From an uncultured Planctomycetaceae bacterium (GTDB taxonomy: Bacteria; Planctomycetota; Planctomycetia; Planctomycetales; Planctomycetaceae), in assembly GCA_963813715.1 (NCBI GenBank), contig CAWFAK010000005.1:1088001-1152000 (forward strand): a stretch of 64,000 nucleotides of DNA, written 5' to 3'. A model generated the notes under the pieces. That model was not told where the DNA came from. It searched no databases and saw nothing but the letters and a program-made list of their open reading frames with translations. The position numbers and the translations under genes were made by a program. This document shows, in pieces, positions 46,313 to 62,003 of this stretch; position 1 is the stretch's first letter, and every line of letters begins with the position of its first letter.

Positions 46313-47655
46313 ACCTGTTTTCGATCGCCTGGAAGAGCATCCGTCAGCGACTGTTGTCCTCGTCGCTGACGGCCTTCAGCGTTGCCCTCGGCGTGATGCT
46401 GATGGTGAGCGTGCTGGTGATCTACGGCATCATGGACCGCATGTTCAGCCAGCAAACGATCGCCTACCAACTGATCGTGGGGCCCAAAGGGAGCGATCTG
46501 CAGCTTGTGCTCAACACGGTCTACCGCGTCAGCGCCCCGCTGCAGAACTTGCCCTATCTCTACTACGAAGAGCTCAAGAAGGATCCGCGCGTCGAATTGG
46601 CGGTTCCATTCTGTCTGGGTGACGCCACCGAAAAGGGGGGCTTCCCCATCGTCGGCACCACGGAGGAATATTTCGAGCATCCTTTCACGCCTGGCCAGGA
46701 ATTCCAAATCAAGGGCAAATCCTTCACGGATTCCTTCGACGCGATCATCGGCTCCGAAGTGGCGCGGACCAACGCCTGGGATCTGGGGACGCAGTTCCAA
46801 CTCATCCACGGCGGAGCTGAATCGCACAAGCACGAGGAAAAGTTCACCGTCGTCGCCGTCCTGGCGCCGACCGGCACTCCCAACGACAAAACCGTCTTCA
46901 TCCACTTGAACGGCTTCTATGCCATCAGCGGGCACGACGCGCCGCTCAAAGAAGCCGTCAAACGCTGGCACGAGTTCAGCGGCAAGGGGACGAGCGATTC
47001 CGAGATCAACGCGGCCGCGGCCGAATGGGCCCAGAAGTGCGGCATCCCCATCGAAGAACCTCCGCACAAGCCCGGCGAGCATCATCACCACCACAAGGCG
47101 TGCGATGTCCAGAAAGAAGTGACCGCGATCCTCGTCAACATGAAGAGCGTTGCTCTGGCGGCCATGTTCAATGGCGAGATGAAGCGCGGCTACAAGGTGC
47201 AGGCGGTCAATCCCATTATCCCCATGCAGCAGCTGATGAGCAGCATCCTCGGCAATGTGCGGACCGTTCTGATTGTCATGACCGCACTCATCATCATCGT
47301 CTCGGGTGTCGGCATCTTCGTGAGCATCTACAACTCGATGTCCGACCGCCGCAAGGAAATCGCCATCATGCGGGCCCTGGGTGCGCAGCGACGCACGGTC
47401 TTTTCGATCATCCTGGCCGAATCGATCTTGCTGTGCTTTGGCGGCGGAATCCTCGGCATCCTCTTGGGACACGGCCTGGTCTTCGCCGCGGCCCCTGTCG
47501 TTCAAGAGCAGACGGGCCTGTTGATCAACCCCTTCGCCTTCGAGGGGATTGAATTCATCCTGCTGCCCGGCCTGATCGCACTGGCCTCGCTGATCGGCAT
47601 CGTCCCCGGCTTAGCGGCCTACCGCACCGACGTGGCCCGCGCGTTGGCAGATTGA
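46309..47655 (+). CDS. ABC permease (FtsX/MacB-like) with His-rich periplasmic loop
   Basis: GPKGSDLQLVLN, HGGAESHKH, GEHHHHHK and RRKEIAIMRALGA. Confidence 0.88.
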   Translation: MNLFSIAWKSIRQRLLSSSLTAFSVALGVMLMVSVLVIYGIMDRMFSQQTIAYQLIVGPKGSDLQLVLNTVYRVSAPLQNLPYLYYEELKKDPRVELAVPFCLGDATEKGGFPIVGTTEEYFEHPFTPGQEFQIKGKSFTDSFDAIIGSEVARTNAWDLGTQFQLIHGGAESHKHEEKFTVVAVLAPTGTPNDKTVFIHLNGFYAISGHDAPLKEAVKRWHEFSGKGTSDSEINAAAAEWAQKCGIPIEEPPHKPGEHHHHHKACDVQKEVTAILVNMKSVALAAMFNGEMKRGYKVQAVNPIIPMQQLMSSILGNVRTVLIVMTALIIIVSGVGIFVSIYNSMSDRRKEIAIMRALGAQRRTVFSIILAESILLCFGGGILGILLGHGLVFAAAPVVQEQTGLLINPFAFEGIEFILLPGLIALASLIGIVPGLAAYRTDVARALAD

Positions 47656-47674
47656 AGTCGAGTTTGTACTCGCG

Positions 47675-49210
47675 CTACTGCTGCGACGTCTCCACAACCG
47701 TCAGCTCGATTCGCCCCAGCACGCGGATCAGCGGCAGGAAGCTCGTGGTCGGGGCGGGGCCGTTGTCGGCGAAGCTCGATTCGGCCAGCTTGATGTGGGC
47801 TGCTCCGATGCCCGCTTCGCCGGTGCCCAGCGTCGCATCGAGCGGCACCCAGTGGTCGCCGATCAGCGCTTCCGTCCACATGTGACCGCCGAATGACGAG
47901 AGCGGCTCGATGTAGACCAGTCCGACCGCAATCTTCGACGGAATGTTGCGGGCCCGCAGCATGGCGGCCAGGAAGACCGCGTGCTCGGTACAGTCGCCCT
48001 GCAGCGTGCGGGCGACTTCGCCGGCTGAGGCCAGGGCCGTCGAAAAGTCCTTTTTTTGCACCGCACCGTCGACGTACTTTTCCATCGCCACGGCGATTTG
48101 CGACGGCTCGACCAGGTTGCGGGCGGCCCGGTCGACGTGGATCAGGAGTTCGCGGTCGTTCGACTGCAGGAACTGCGACGGCTCTAAATACTGGCGATCG
48201 ATGCGGATGGCCCGATTGGCGGGAGCCGGCCGCACGTTGCGAACGGTGATTTCGCACTCGTCGGGCGCGGTGCGGACCACTTTCTGATTGGCATCGCTGG
48301 GGAAGAAGGGGGTCGGGTCCTCGCCTTTCATCTTGATGCGGTAGACGCCCCGCATGGTCGAGTGGGCCCGCGGAATGAATGTCGATTTGACGAGCGTGTT
48401 GACGGCAATATCGAGCCCTTCGCCGGCGATCTGTTTGAGGGCCTCCTCCGCCGTCACCGTGTAAGTGGTCAGCGTCTGGCCGAGCATTTCCGTCGTCGAG
48501 ACGATGACTTCGCCATGCTCGTCGAGGTAATCCTCGACCGGCGACTGGGGCATCAGCGATTCGACGACCGAGACGCGCAACAACTTCCGGCGATGACCGT
48601 TCAAGAGCGACACCGACTCCTGGCGGAGGGCCTTGAAGCGGACCTGTGAAACCTGCATCTGCTCGGGGACGAACGCCCGCATGTTGCGCGCGTCGCCCGG
48701 CTTGAACGGATACTCGTGCGGGTAGCGGTCGACGTACACGGGCGATTTGATCCCGCCGTCCCAAGGCAGCGTGAACTCGTGCGGCGCTCCCGCTACGGTG
48801 TTCTCGCCGACGAGGAAGTTGCCTCGCACGTGGCCGACGGTGCGCGTCGGTGCGGCCGGCGGATTTTTGACCTCATACGTGAATGACAAGAGTTCTCCGC
48901 TGGGCAGCTCCTCCGTTTCCTGCCGCGTTTGCATCTCCAGCGTCTGGCCGAACCGCTTGAGCGTGAGATGCATTTCGGTATCGGTCTTGATGATCGACTT
49001 GCCGTCAATCTGAGCGGGCCGCGTCAGCGTGTGCGAGTAACCGATGCGGGCCTTTCCCAGATAGGTCACCTGCCACGTATCACTGGTGCCGGCGGGCGGC
49101 TCGGCTTGTTTGGCTTCCGGGCGACGCGACTTCCGCGGTGGATCGGCCTGCGCGACGGCTCCCAATACCAGCATCCATGCGATGCCCAGCGAGATCAGCC
49201 TCGTCCTCAT
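47675..49210 (-). CDS. Exported transglutaminase-like domain protein
   Basis: Signal peptide; Cys-His-Asp triad GDCTEHA / HMW / LDAT. Confidence 0.88.
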   Translation of the reverse strand: MRTRLISLGIAWMLVLGAVAQADPPRKSRRPEAKQAEPPAGTSDTWQVTYLGKARIGYSHTLTRPAQIDGKSIIKTDTEMHLTLKRFGQTLEMQTRQETEELPSGELLSFTYEVKNPPAAPTRTVGHVRGNFLVGENTVAGAPHEFTLPWDGGIKSPVYVDRYPHEYPFKPGDARNMRAFVPEQMQVSQVRFKALRQESVSLLNGHRRKLLRVSVVESLMPQSPVEDYLDEHGEVIVSTTEMLGQTLTTYTVTAEEALKQIAGEGLDIAVNTLVKSTFIPRAHSTMRGVYRIKMKGEDPTPFFPSDANQKVVRTAPDECEITVRNVRPAPANRAIRIDRQYLEPSQFLQSNDRELLIHVDRAARNLVEPSQIAVAMEKYVDGAVQKKDFSTALASAGEVARTLQGDCTEHAVFLAAMLRARNIPSKIAVGLVYIEPLSSFGGHMWTEALIGDHWVPLDATLGTGEAGIGAAHIKLAESSFADNGPAPTTSFLPLIRVLGRIELTVVETSQQ

Positions 49211-49240
49211 CTATTGTTCCTTCAAACGTTGGACTTGCGA

Positions 49241-50326
49241 CTAACCTTCCACGCAGTCCCACGACAGCGGTTCGCCGCGGCGGATCGTGCGGGCCGCCCG
49301 CTTGCCCAGAAGCCGCGGCAATTCTTTCGGTGGCAGGCCGTGTCCCGGCCGGATTGAACGGACGTTTTGTTCGGTGAACGGCTCGCCGGCCGCGATGTCG
49401 GCCACCGCGAACAGCGAGCGGCGGAAGACGCGGCTCTTTTCTTCGGCCGGGCTTAGCCCGTAATGGACGGTGCCGATTGCCGCCTCGGCCGCGCGAACGG
49501 CTCGCACCATCTCGGCGAACTCGGCCGGCTCGAGCGAAAAGGCGCTGTCGGGTCCGGGCGTTTCTCGCGAGAGGACAAAATGTTTCTCAATGAGACATGC
49601 TCCCAGCGCGACGGCCGCGACGGGGCAGGCGATGCCCAGCGTATGGTCCGAGAGGCCGACGGGGCACTGGAACGTCGAGGCCAGATGGCCGATCGTCCGC
49701 AGATTGGCTTCCTCGGCGGGCGCCGGGTAGGAGCTGGTGCACTTCAGCAGGGCGAGTTCGCGACAGCCCGCCTCCTGCAGTGCGGCGACCGCTTCCGTGA
49801 TTTCCTCGAGCGTCGCCATCCCCGTCGAGAGGATCACCGGCCGCCGCGTGGCCGCCACTTTCCGTAACAAGGCATGGTCGACCAGCTCGAAGGAGGCAAT
49901 CTTGTGCGCGGGCGGGTTGAGCGTTTCGAGAAAATCGACGGCCGACACGTCGAACGGCGTGGAAAAACAGCCCATCCCCAGCCGTCGGGCCTCTGCAAAC
50001 AGGTCGGCGTGCCACTCCCAGGGCGTGGCGGCCTCTTGGTAAAGGTCATAGAGTGTGCGGCCATCCCACAGCGTGCCGCCGGCAATGCGAAACTCGGGCC
50101 GATCGCAGCGGATGGTGAGCGTGTCGGCGGTGTACGTCTGCAACTTGACGGCGTCGGCGCCGGCTTCGTGTGCCGCCCACACAAGCTGCAGCGCGACCTC
50201 GCGTTTGCCGGCGTGATTTGCCGACAACTCGGCAACCAGATAGGCCGGATGACCGGGGCCGACTTGCCGCTGGCCCAGGTGCAAAACTGGCGACAAGCCT
50301 GAGTTGGAAGGTTGATCGATCATCAA
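49241..50326 (-). CDS. pseI: Pseudaminic acid synthase
   Basis: AELSANH, KLQTYTADT, KIASFE, GLSDHT, IEKHF and C-terminal SAF domain RPGHGL. Confidence 0.93.
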   Translation of the reverse strand: MMIDQPSNSGLSPVLHLGQRQVGPGHPAYLVAELSANHAGKREVALQLVWAAHEAGADAVKLQTYTADTLTIRCDRPEFRIAGGTLWDGRTLYDLYQEAATPWEWHADLFAEARRLGMGCFSTPFDVSAVDFLETLNPPAHKIASFELVDHALLRKVAATRRPVILSTGMATLEEITEAVAALQEAGCRELALLKCTSSYPAPAEEANLRTIGHLASTFQCPVGLSDHTLGIACPVAAVALGACLIEKHFVLSRETPGPDSAFSLEPAEFAEMVRAVRAAEAAIGTVHYGLSPAEEKSRVFRRSLFAVADIAAGEPFTEQNVRSIRPGHGLPPKELPRLLGKRAARTIRRGEPLSWDCVEG

Positions 50327-50368
50327 TCCCAGTTGTACTGGGCCAGCCGCGGCCTGACGAGGTCGCTT

Positions 50369-50967
50369 TCAAGCTTGTCCCTGCGACCTGCGCCACTCGG
50401 CCCCGGCTTTCTCGAGGTCCGCAACGGGCGTGTCCCAACCCTTCGTCAGCAGATGGGCGACTTTCTCGCGATCGGCAACGCGGTGAAACGACCCCGGTCC
50501 CGCCTGTTTGGCCGCACCGCAGCTGCCTGTGCGGATGCGGCTCCAATGCTCGGCAAACAGTCCGGCGATCTCGGCCTGCAGCCGCGCGTAAGTCGAGCGG
50601 AGGGTCTCGGCGGCTTCGAATTCGACCAACTTTTGCGCGATGACATCGCCCGTGTCGATGCCTGCGTCCAGGTAGTGGATCGACACTCCCTTCGGCGTGT
50701 TCTCGATGAAGCTCCACAAATTCGGATCGGCGCCGCGGTTCCAGGGCAGATAAGAGATGTGCAGATTGACGGCCCGCTGTGGAAAGCGATTGAGCACGTC
50801 CGGTCGAAGGATGTGACGGAAGCCGTGCGAGACCAGAAAGTCGGCCTGCGTTGCGATCCAGGAACGCCTCGTCGAGCGGGTCCGCTCGTCTGCACGACAT
50901 GGCTCTCGGCCGATTTCAGAAAATCGAGCACGGCAGAATCAACTGGGCCTAGGAACAGTACCTTCAT
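50369..50967 (-). CDS. Sugar N-formyltransferase (PseJ-like), frameshifted
   Basis: NLHISYLPWNRGADPNLWS and HYLDAGIDTGD formyltransferase motifs. Confidence 0.85.
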
Positions 50968-52026
50968 CTGCCGCCGCTCGTTTCGCGCAGGGCCGCCACG
51001 ACCCTGGCCGCCCCTTGGCCATCAACAAGTTGCCGGCATTTTGCCGCACACTGCGCCCGCAATGCTGCGTCCGAAACCATCCGCTCGAATGCGGAGGGCA
51101 GATCGGCCGTGCGACTCGAGGGAAATTCATCGAATGCGCACCGCGGCCCCCAGATGATCGAGCGCCGTCGCGATCGGCCGCTGATTCTCGGCCGCCACGA
51201 CTAACAGCATGGGCACTCCCAGGTATCCTAATTCATACACGGAGCTGCCCGCCGCCGTGATTGCCAGGTCGCAGTCTGCCATGATTTGAGGAACGTTGTC
51301 GGTCGCGACGTGCAGGACCATGCGATTCATCGTCGAGGCGAGCTCCTGCATCGCGGCGACGTGAGGATTGGCCGGGCCGATGAGAACATGAATTTCGCAG
51401 TCCGCCGGAATGCATGGCCACAAAACAGTCAGAAACTGGCTCGTCAGATTCTGCGAATCGGCTCCGCCCAGGGTCAGCAGGATCCGGGACACAGTTTCGC
51501 TTGTTGCAAGCCGCCTGGGAGTTCGCAGAAACTCACGCCGCAGCATTGCGTATTCACAGCCCAGCAGCAGCCGAGAATTGTGGGTTCGCTTTCCGTACAA
51601 GACGGCTGCCGCGCCGGCGTTTTGATTGAGGATCGCGTCGGCGTGATAGTTCTCGTGCCGGCCGTCGTCGTCGATGAACAACAGCCGCCACTTCACGTCG
51701 CGAAGTGCCAGTTGGTAGTTGGGTCCGAACGCATAACCGTCGAGGACTAACCATTTCGGGGCGATCGATTCGGCAAGGCGCCGTGTCTCTTCGAGATCGC
51801 GGTCGGTTCCGGGAGCCGCGTCGATTGTGGAGACGCTGCAGCCCTCAGTTTCCAGCCCCTGTGAAAGGAAGGGCGGCAGTTCTGTGCAAACAAACGCGAC
51901 CTTCCCTCCCGCGTCCTGCCAGGCCTGCGCGAGCGCCAGGCAGCGCATCACGTGTCCAGTGCCGATTGCCGAGTTGGCGTCGGCTCGGATCAGGAGCGTG
52001 CCGGGATTAGCCGAGGGAGTATTCAG
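50964..52026 (-). CDS. pseG: UDP-2,4-diacylamido-2,4,6-trideoxy-L-altropyranose hydrolase, 3' frameshift
   Basis: IRADA...IGTGHVMRCLALA, TLGGAD, AAGSSVYE and AENQ. Confidence 0.9.
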
Positions 52027-52102
52027 GGCGATTCCTGCGGACTCTCGAGCGCTGCCAAGCACCCTCGGGCTCACGCCCGAGGCTCGCCGGTCGGTTTCTG
52101 GA

Positions 52103-55104
<3,002 letters not shown>

Positions 55105-55120
55105 TGCGAGAACCGCCTTT

Positions 55121-56149
55121 TCAAATGACGTCGGCGAAGGAGTCTTCGACGTGCCGGAAGTAATAGAGTCCCGCCAGGCAGAGCGCCCCATTGACGAGGA
55201 AGGAGATCATCACGCGGCCGGCAGCGATGGGAGTCGAGAGCGTGGCCGCCCGGAAGAATTCAATCGGCACGGTCATCGGATTGAGCCGCGCAAGCCATTC
55301 GCCCCGCGTCACGCGCTGCGAATTCGAGGAACCATGCCCTTCAGTCGGCGAGCTTTGCTGGTCTGAGTGCTCATCGCTGCTTGCGGCGGCTGCGGACGTG
55401 GACTCGGCTGCCGGCGATTGTTGGTTCAGGTAAATCACCGGCGTGGCCAGCAGCCAAATCCACAGCAAGAACGGTGACCGCGTGACGGAAGTCGCGATAG
55501 GAGACCGTGAGGGCAGCGATCAGCGTGCCGATGCCAACTGCGGCCAGCGTCAACAACACGGCGGCCAGCGGCAGGAGCACCATCTCGGCGCCGGGCAGAA
55601 TTCCGTACCACAGCATGAGTGCCAAGAGCACGACGAATGAGACTCCGAGATCGACCAGCGCGGCGGCCACCGACGCGAAGGGGATGGCCAGCCGCGGGAA
55701 GTAGACCTTGGTGACGAGCCCCTCGGAGCCGATCACGCTATTGGCGGCCGTGCTGACGGCGGTCTGAAAAAAGAACCAGGGGACCAACCCCGAAAGCACG
55801 AACACGGAATTTGGAAATTGGCCGTCGCTTGCCGGCGCGTAAGCATAGACAAACGCGACCATCGTCAGCACGGGCTGAATGATGGCCCACAGCACGCCCA
55901 ACACCGTCTGCTTGTAGCGCACCCGAATGTTGCGGAGCGTGAGCTGCCCGATCAGGTCGCGACACTTCCACAGTTCGCCTAGGTTGAGGGTGGGCCAACC
56001 GCTTTTGGGCGTGATGTGAATCTCCGGCAGCGGCGGCCCATCGGACGGCGAGTCGGGCAGGTCATGGGCAGGCGGGCCGGCAACGCCGACCGGAAAGGTC
56101 GCCGTTGCTGAAGACTCGGATGGGCGCGCGTGCGCGTCTGTTCTGGCAT
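55121..56149 (-). CDS. ABC-2 polysaccharide export permease (Wzm-like), frameshifted, start uncertain
   Basis: RYKQTVLGVLWAIIQP, LVTKVYFPR, YRDFRH and FRHVEDSFADVI. Confidence 0.87.
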
Positions 56150-56522
56150 CAAACCACCTTCGCCGCCGTCCGCGCGGACGTGCGCCGGCCTGGGAATCGG
56201 CCCGCACAATGGGCCAGCTTCGATTCTAGCAGGCCCTGGAAACCGCAAACAACGCGGTGTTTGGCTGGATCGTTGCCGGCTCAGGCTGCGGCTCCGACAG
56301 CCTTGCCAGCAGAATAACGGTCGAGTTTTGAGCCGCAGGGATGCTTCGTGCGCGGCTCTTTCGCGCTGAGCTTTCGCACGATCTGCGAATCGGCGCGAGC
56401 AACAGGCGCCGCGGTGCTTGCGGGCTTTGCAGGGAGTTTTTTGGTTGAAGCGACTTCTCCGGTCGTGTCGATATTGACGACGGTCTCCTGTGCCGCGCTA
56501 GGAGTCCGCAAGGATTGCGACT

Positions 56523-57986
56523 TTGAAGTGGTCCGTGCTACCGGCTGTTTTCGCCGCCCTGCTCGCGCCGGGCTGCGCGATCATTCAGATCGGGGTCACC
56601 AATCCGATCCCCGGTTTGTCGACCGTGGCTGTTGCGCCGTTTCTGAACCTGAGCGCGGAACGGGCCACCGACGGTCGCCGATTTGCCCTCGCGTACGCCA
56701 CCGAGTTGCAAAAGGTCCCGGGCTTCGAGGTCGTGCCCGTCGGCGTGACCGAGACAGCGATGGTCGACGCCAAGATCGATCTCAACGACGTCGACGACGT
56801 GCTGAAACTGGCCAAAGTGCTGCGGGTTGATGCCGTCGTCGTCGGCGCGATCACCGATTATTCGCCCTACTATCCGCCCCGCATCGGTCTGCAGGTGAAC
56901 TGGTATTCGCCGCGCCCGTGGGCCTTCTATCCGGGAATCCAAACCGAGCCGCAAACACGCCAGCAGCTGAACGACTGGGATAAGCAACAGCTGGACGATT
57001 ATCACGAAAACCAGCGACGTGTGCTCAACTCCTGCGCTCCGGAAACGCCGTTCTGGCAGCGTATGTACAACTGCTTCAAGACGTGGCCGGGAGTCCGCAA
57101 CCTGTACGGAGAGCCGTCACTGGCGCTCAACAGTCCGTTCAGCAGCCCGCTGGGTTACGACCCACGGCTGGTCTGGCGGGCCCAATCGCCATTGTACGAT
57201 TCGCCTTATGGGGCCGCGGAAGCGATGTCCCCCGACGGCACGCCGGCCGGTCCGCTGACCAAAGTCGCCCATTACCAGGAAGCGAACGCCACGCAGGAAA
57301 TTGTGCCGTCGGGGCTGAGCAGCTCGACTCCGCCAATGCCGTTACAGAACTCCGATCAGAAGCTGGTGCCGGTGCCGCGCGGCGGCGCGGATGGACAGGA
57401 CGACGATCCCGATGGGGACGACCCCGACCGGCCCGACGCCAAGCAGAAGTCGCAGCACACGGTTCCACCGCTTCCGGCGCCCGCTCATTCTCCCCGAGCT
57501 CTGCCTGAGCCCCGCGGACTGGGGGCGTTCGGCGATGGGGCAGGGGGCCTGCTGGGCGAACCCTTCGCACCCGAATCATCGTTCACGCCGCCGGTGCCTG
57601 GGATTTTGGGGTCCTCCGCGGATCCACTGCCGATGGACAACGGTCCGCCAAAATTGGCGATCAAGAACCCATGCCTGGCTCCGCTGCCCCCGCAACCGAA
57701 CCCGTTTAACGCGGCCCAGCCGATTCAGCCCTGGCAGCTCGATCCTCATCAGCCGTTGATGTCGTACACGCGAATCTTCGATGGGGCGGATGGCGAGCTG
57801 GTGGCGGCCCTGCGCGACTATGTCGAGTTGAACGGCGACCTCAGGAGCGGCGGTTGGGAGGAATACCTGCACCGCAGCGAGGATTACATCCGTTTCTGCT
57901 CGTATCGCATGATCCTGGAGATGCTGTCGCTGCACGGCGGGGAAGGAAAGCATCGCCTGGTTTTGAAGTTCCGAAAATACAAATAG
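56523..57986 (+). CDS. Hypothetical lipoprotein
   Basis: Lipobox LAPGC; VAVAPFLNLS...VVVGAITDY N-terminal domain; Pro-rich middle. Confidence 0.75.
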   Translation: MKWSVLPAVFAALLAPGCAIIQIGVTNPIPGLSTVAVAPFLNLSAERATDGRRFALAYATELQKVPGFEVVPVGVTETAMVDAKIDLNDVDDVLKLAKVLRVDAVVVGAITDYSPYYPPRIGLQVNWYSPRPWAFYPGIQTEPQTRQQLNDWDKQQLDDYHENQRRVLNSCAPETPFWQRMYNCFKTWPGVRNLYGEPSLALNSPFSSPLGYDPRLVWRAQSPLYDSPYGAAEAMSPDGTPAGPLTKVAHYQEANATQEIVPSGLSSSTPPMPLQNSDQKLVPVPRGGADGQDDDPDGDDPDRPDAKQKSQHTVPPLPAPAHSPRALPEPRGLGAFGDGAGGLLGEPFAPESSFTPPVPGILGSSADPLPMDNGPPKLAIKNPCLAPLPPQPNPFNAAQPIQPWQLDPHQPLMSYTRIFDGADGELVAALRDYVELNGDLRSGGWEEYLHRSEDYIRFCSYRMILEMLSLHGGEGKHRLVLKFRKYK

Positions 57987-58202
57987 CCGGCGCCGCCCGA
58001 CGGCCGATATCAGAGGAGGCAATTCCCGTGCGCGCGTATCGTACCTCCCCCTGTGCCGACTCAGGCCGAGTTCGGAGCTTGGGGTGCCGCCCGGGAACGC
58101 CCGGCAACGCCAGCCAGTCGACGTCATCCGATTCGTCGGACGAGCGGCGAGTGCCGGACTGTTCCAGGTCAATCGGGGAGGCTGACCTCTGTGGAACGCG
58201 GG

Positions 58203-58424
58203 ATGAACGTGCTGGCGCTCGTCAAGGGGAGCGAGCGCTACGTCTTCTTGTACGACGACGAAAGCCATCGCGCGTTGCTGCAGACGATGGGCCGCTTTGC
58301 GGCGGACGCCGACCTGAGCTTCACCTGGTATGACGCCGCGGTGCTCAGCCAGAAGGTCCGCCGCCTCCGCGATGAGCAACGCACCCAGGCGGCGACGCCG
58401 CAACGGTTTCCCGACCTGACGTAA
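58203..58424 (+). CDS. Small hypothetical protein
   Basis: NVLALVKG.ERYVFLYDD...FTWYDAAVLSQKVR, coding-like. Confidence 0.7.
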   Translation: MNVLALVKGSERYVFLYDDESHRALLQTMGRFAADADLSFTWYDAAVLSQKVRRLRDEQRTQAATPQRFPDLT

Positions 58425-58531
58425 GCCGTGCGCGGGCGTCCAGTCGGTCGCCACGACCTCGCGAGCCCGCCTGACGTTTGCCCGCCTCGGCAGTGCGCCG
58501 CCGCAGCGAATCGGTCGCGCAAGAGTGAGCG

Positions 58532-59587
<1,056 letters not shown>

Positions 59588-59890
59588 CGGCCCCCGGCAG
59601 GCTCTCAGAAGCTGCAGAGGGCCAACCCCGTCGCGAGCCGAGTAGCCCAGGGCCGCTGAGCGAAGACCGACAGCAAGCTGTCGGCTTGGGAAAGTGTGCG
59701 ACTCAAGCGACTGAGCCGGACGCCCAATCTGCCACCGCTGACGCCACGAGATCGTACGCGCCCGAAGCAACGGGTTGCGCGTCACGTGCCAGTCTGCAGT
59801 CAACTTCCCCCGGCGACTACCCGCGGCGAACGACCTCGTTCGCCCAGCGGGCCCAACCGCCCCCGGGTGCAGGGGCCACGCCCCTGCCTG

Positions 59891-61787
59891 CTAGTCTTTG
59901 TAGAACTTGGTGAGTTCGGTGTACGTGAGCGGTTCTTTGATCGAGTCGGCCGTGAGGCGGACGCCGAAGCGGTGGTTGCCTTCGGCTCGGGCTCGGACGT
60001 GGACGCGGTAGATCGCCGCTTTGCCCGGCTCGAGCAGCGGCAGCGGCCGGAACGTCAACTGGTCCTTGGACTGGGCGACGGTTGTCGCGCCTTCGGTGCG
60101 GACCAGCTCGAGCACGGCCGGCAGATCGCAGGCGACACAGACGTTTTCGGCCGCCTTCGAGCCGTCGTTGCGGACATGGATTTCAAATCCCGTCTCGACA
60201 CCGACTTCCACCGGATCGCTTTGTTTGAGGATTTCGACGGCCAGCGAGGCCACGCCGTCGACGACCGTGTCCAATTTCAGCTCGCAGCGAGCCCCCTGCT
60301 CGGAGACGGCCGCCACAGCGTGTTGGCAGTGCCCGATCTGCGTGCTGGCCAGCTCGAGCTTGACCGGCGTCGATTTTCCGACGTCGAGGTGATCGAGGTG
60401 CCAGGTGACCGTCCGGGACAGCTCGTCAAATTCGCCACCCTGGTCGGCCCGCACGAAGCGGAATCCTTCCGGCACGACATGCGTGACGCGGATGTTGTTG
60501 AGCGGAGCGCCGCCGTCGTTGGTGACGGTCGACACGTAGTGGGCCTTGCGTCCGACGTAGCGGAAAGTCGGCCCGTCGACCGCGACTTTGAGACTCGGCG
60601 CGATGACATGAATGTGAGCAGCGAACTCGCGGTGCAGATCGTTTTCGGCCGAGGCGTGTACGGTGATTTCCTGCTCGCCACCCACGACGGCGATCAACGG
60701 CAGCCGCACGACGCGGGATTCGCCCGGATTGAGCGAGCCAACCTGCACGATCAGCTGTTCGCCTCGGGCGGCCTCTAGACCCTTGGTGAGGCGGGCTTCG
60801 ATCGCCACGTGGTGGGCGACTCCCGTGCCGGGGTTATTGACGGTGATCGTCTGGGTGGCCGGATCGCCAACCATCAATTCTTTCGGCCCGCGGACGGCGA
60901 TCGCCAGCAGCGGCTCTTCGACAGTGAAGGTGTTGGAGGCGGCCGAGCTGAACCGCACGGAGGCCGTCGTCGCCAGTTCGCCGCGGCGGCTGGGGACCAG
61001 CTTGATGTGAATCACCCGTTCTTCGGCACCGCCCAGCGAGGCGAACGACCAGGTGACATGGTCCTGGTTGTCGGCCGGCATCGGGTCGGCGTGTGTCAGG
61101 CGGACGGTCGGCGGGAAAAAGGCGTCGACCATGAGGTCGCGAGCCGGCGTATTGCCGGTGTTTTTCACGACCAGGTCGCACTGGCATTCCAATCCGACGA
61201 CGATCGGCGATTTCTTGACCCATTGCAGGCAGATCGTCGGTGCGTGCGAGGCGTCGAGTCCACCGACCGCACCCGAGGCGACCCCCGCGGACGACGCGCC
61301 GTGAGCTGACGAAGCGGCGGGCAGCGTCGGCTCGGTCCCCCAGTCGGACGACTTGGACGGGTTGGCGTGTGCGCTGCTCGGTTCGTCAAACGGAGAAGCG
61401 CTGGCGGCCGGGTGATGGCTCGCCGCCTGAGCGGCCTGAGCGGCATGCGTTGTCGCGGCGGCGGACGGTTGGGCAGCCGCTGGTTTTCGCGTGGCCCCTT
61501 GAACGGAGAACGATGAGTGGTTCGGCGACCGCCGGCGTCGCGGTCGGGGCCGGAACTGGTTCGCTGGCGAAGGGATCGAACGCCGGCGACTTGGGAGCCG
61601 TGCTGATCGGATCCGTCAGGCTCACGCCGGGCGACCGCGTGGCCGGCGGCGCAGTTGGCGCGGCTGTCGGCTCGGCGGGAGGCAAATTCGGTGGCGGTGT
61701 GAACGCGTCTCCCTCGACGGCGACGGCCAGACTGCCGGCCGAGGCGGCCAAGATACATGATGCGACTATTTTCGAGACGTTTCGCAT
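59891..61787 (-). CDS. Exported DUF11-repeat protein (OmcB-like), frameshifted
   Basis: Signal peptide, Pro-rich linker, repeated V.N.G...A..V Ig-like units; AAGGAG RBS. Confidence 0.8.
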
Positions 61788-62003
61788 CCCACAACTCCTT
61801 CGCGGACGAACCAATCGCACTGACCGAGTGCCATCGTTTCCACAAAATGGCTTGTCAATCTGTATCGGCCGTAGGGGTCGTAGGACATGAGCGGAGCAAA
61901 AATCGCGAAGCGCTGCGAGAGGCTTTGGGTTCTCGCTGCAGACGAAGCCGCAAAAAACGCACGCGCGCCAACGTTGTGCGCGCAAAGCAAATGCCGACCC
62001 TCC

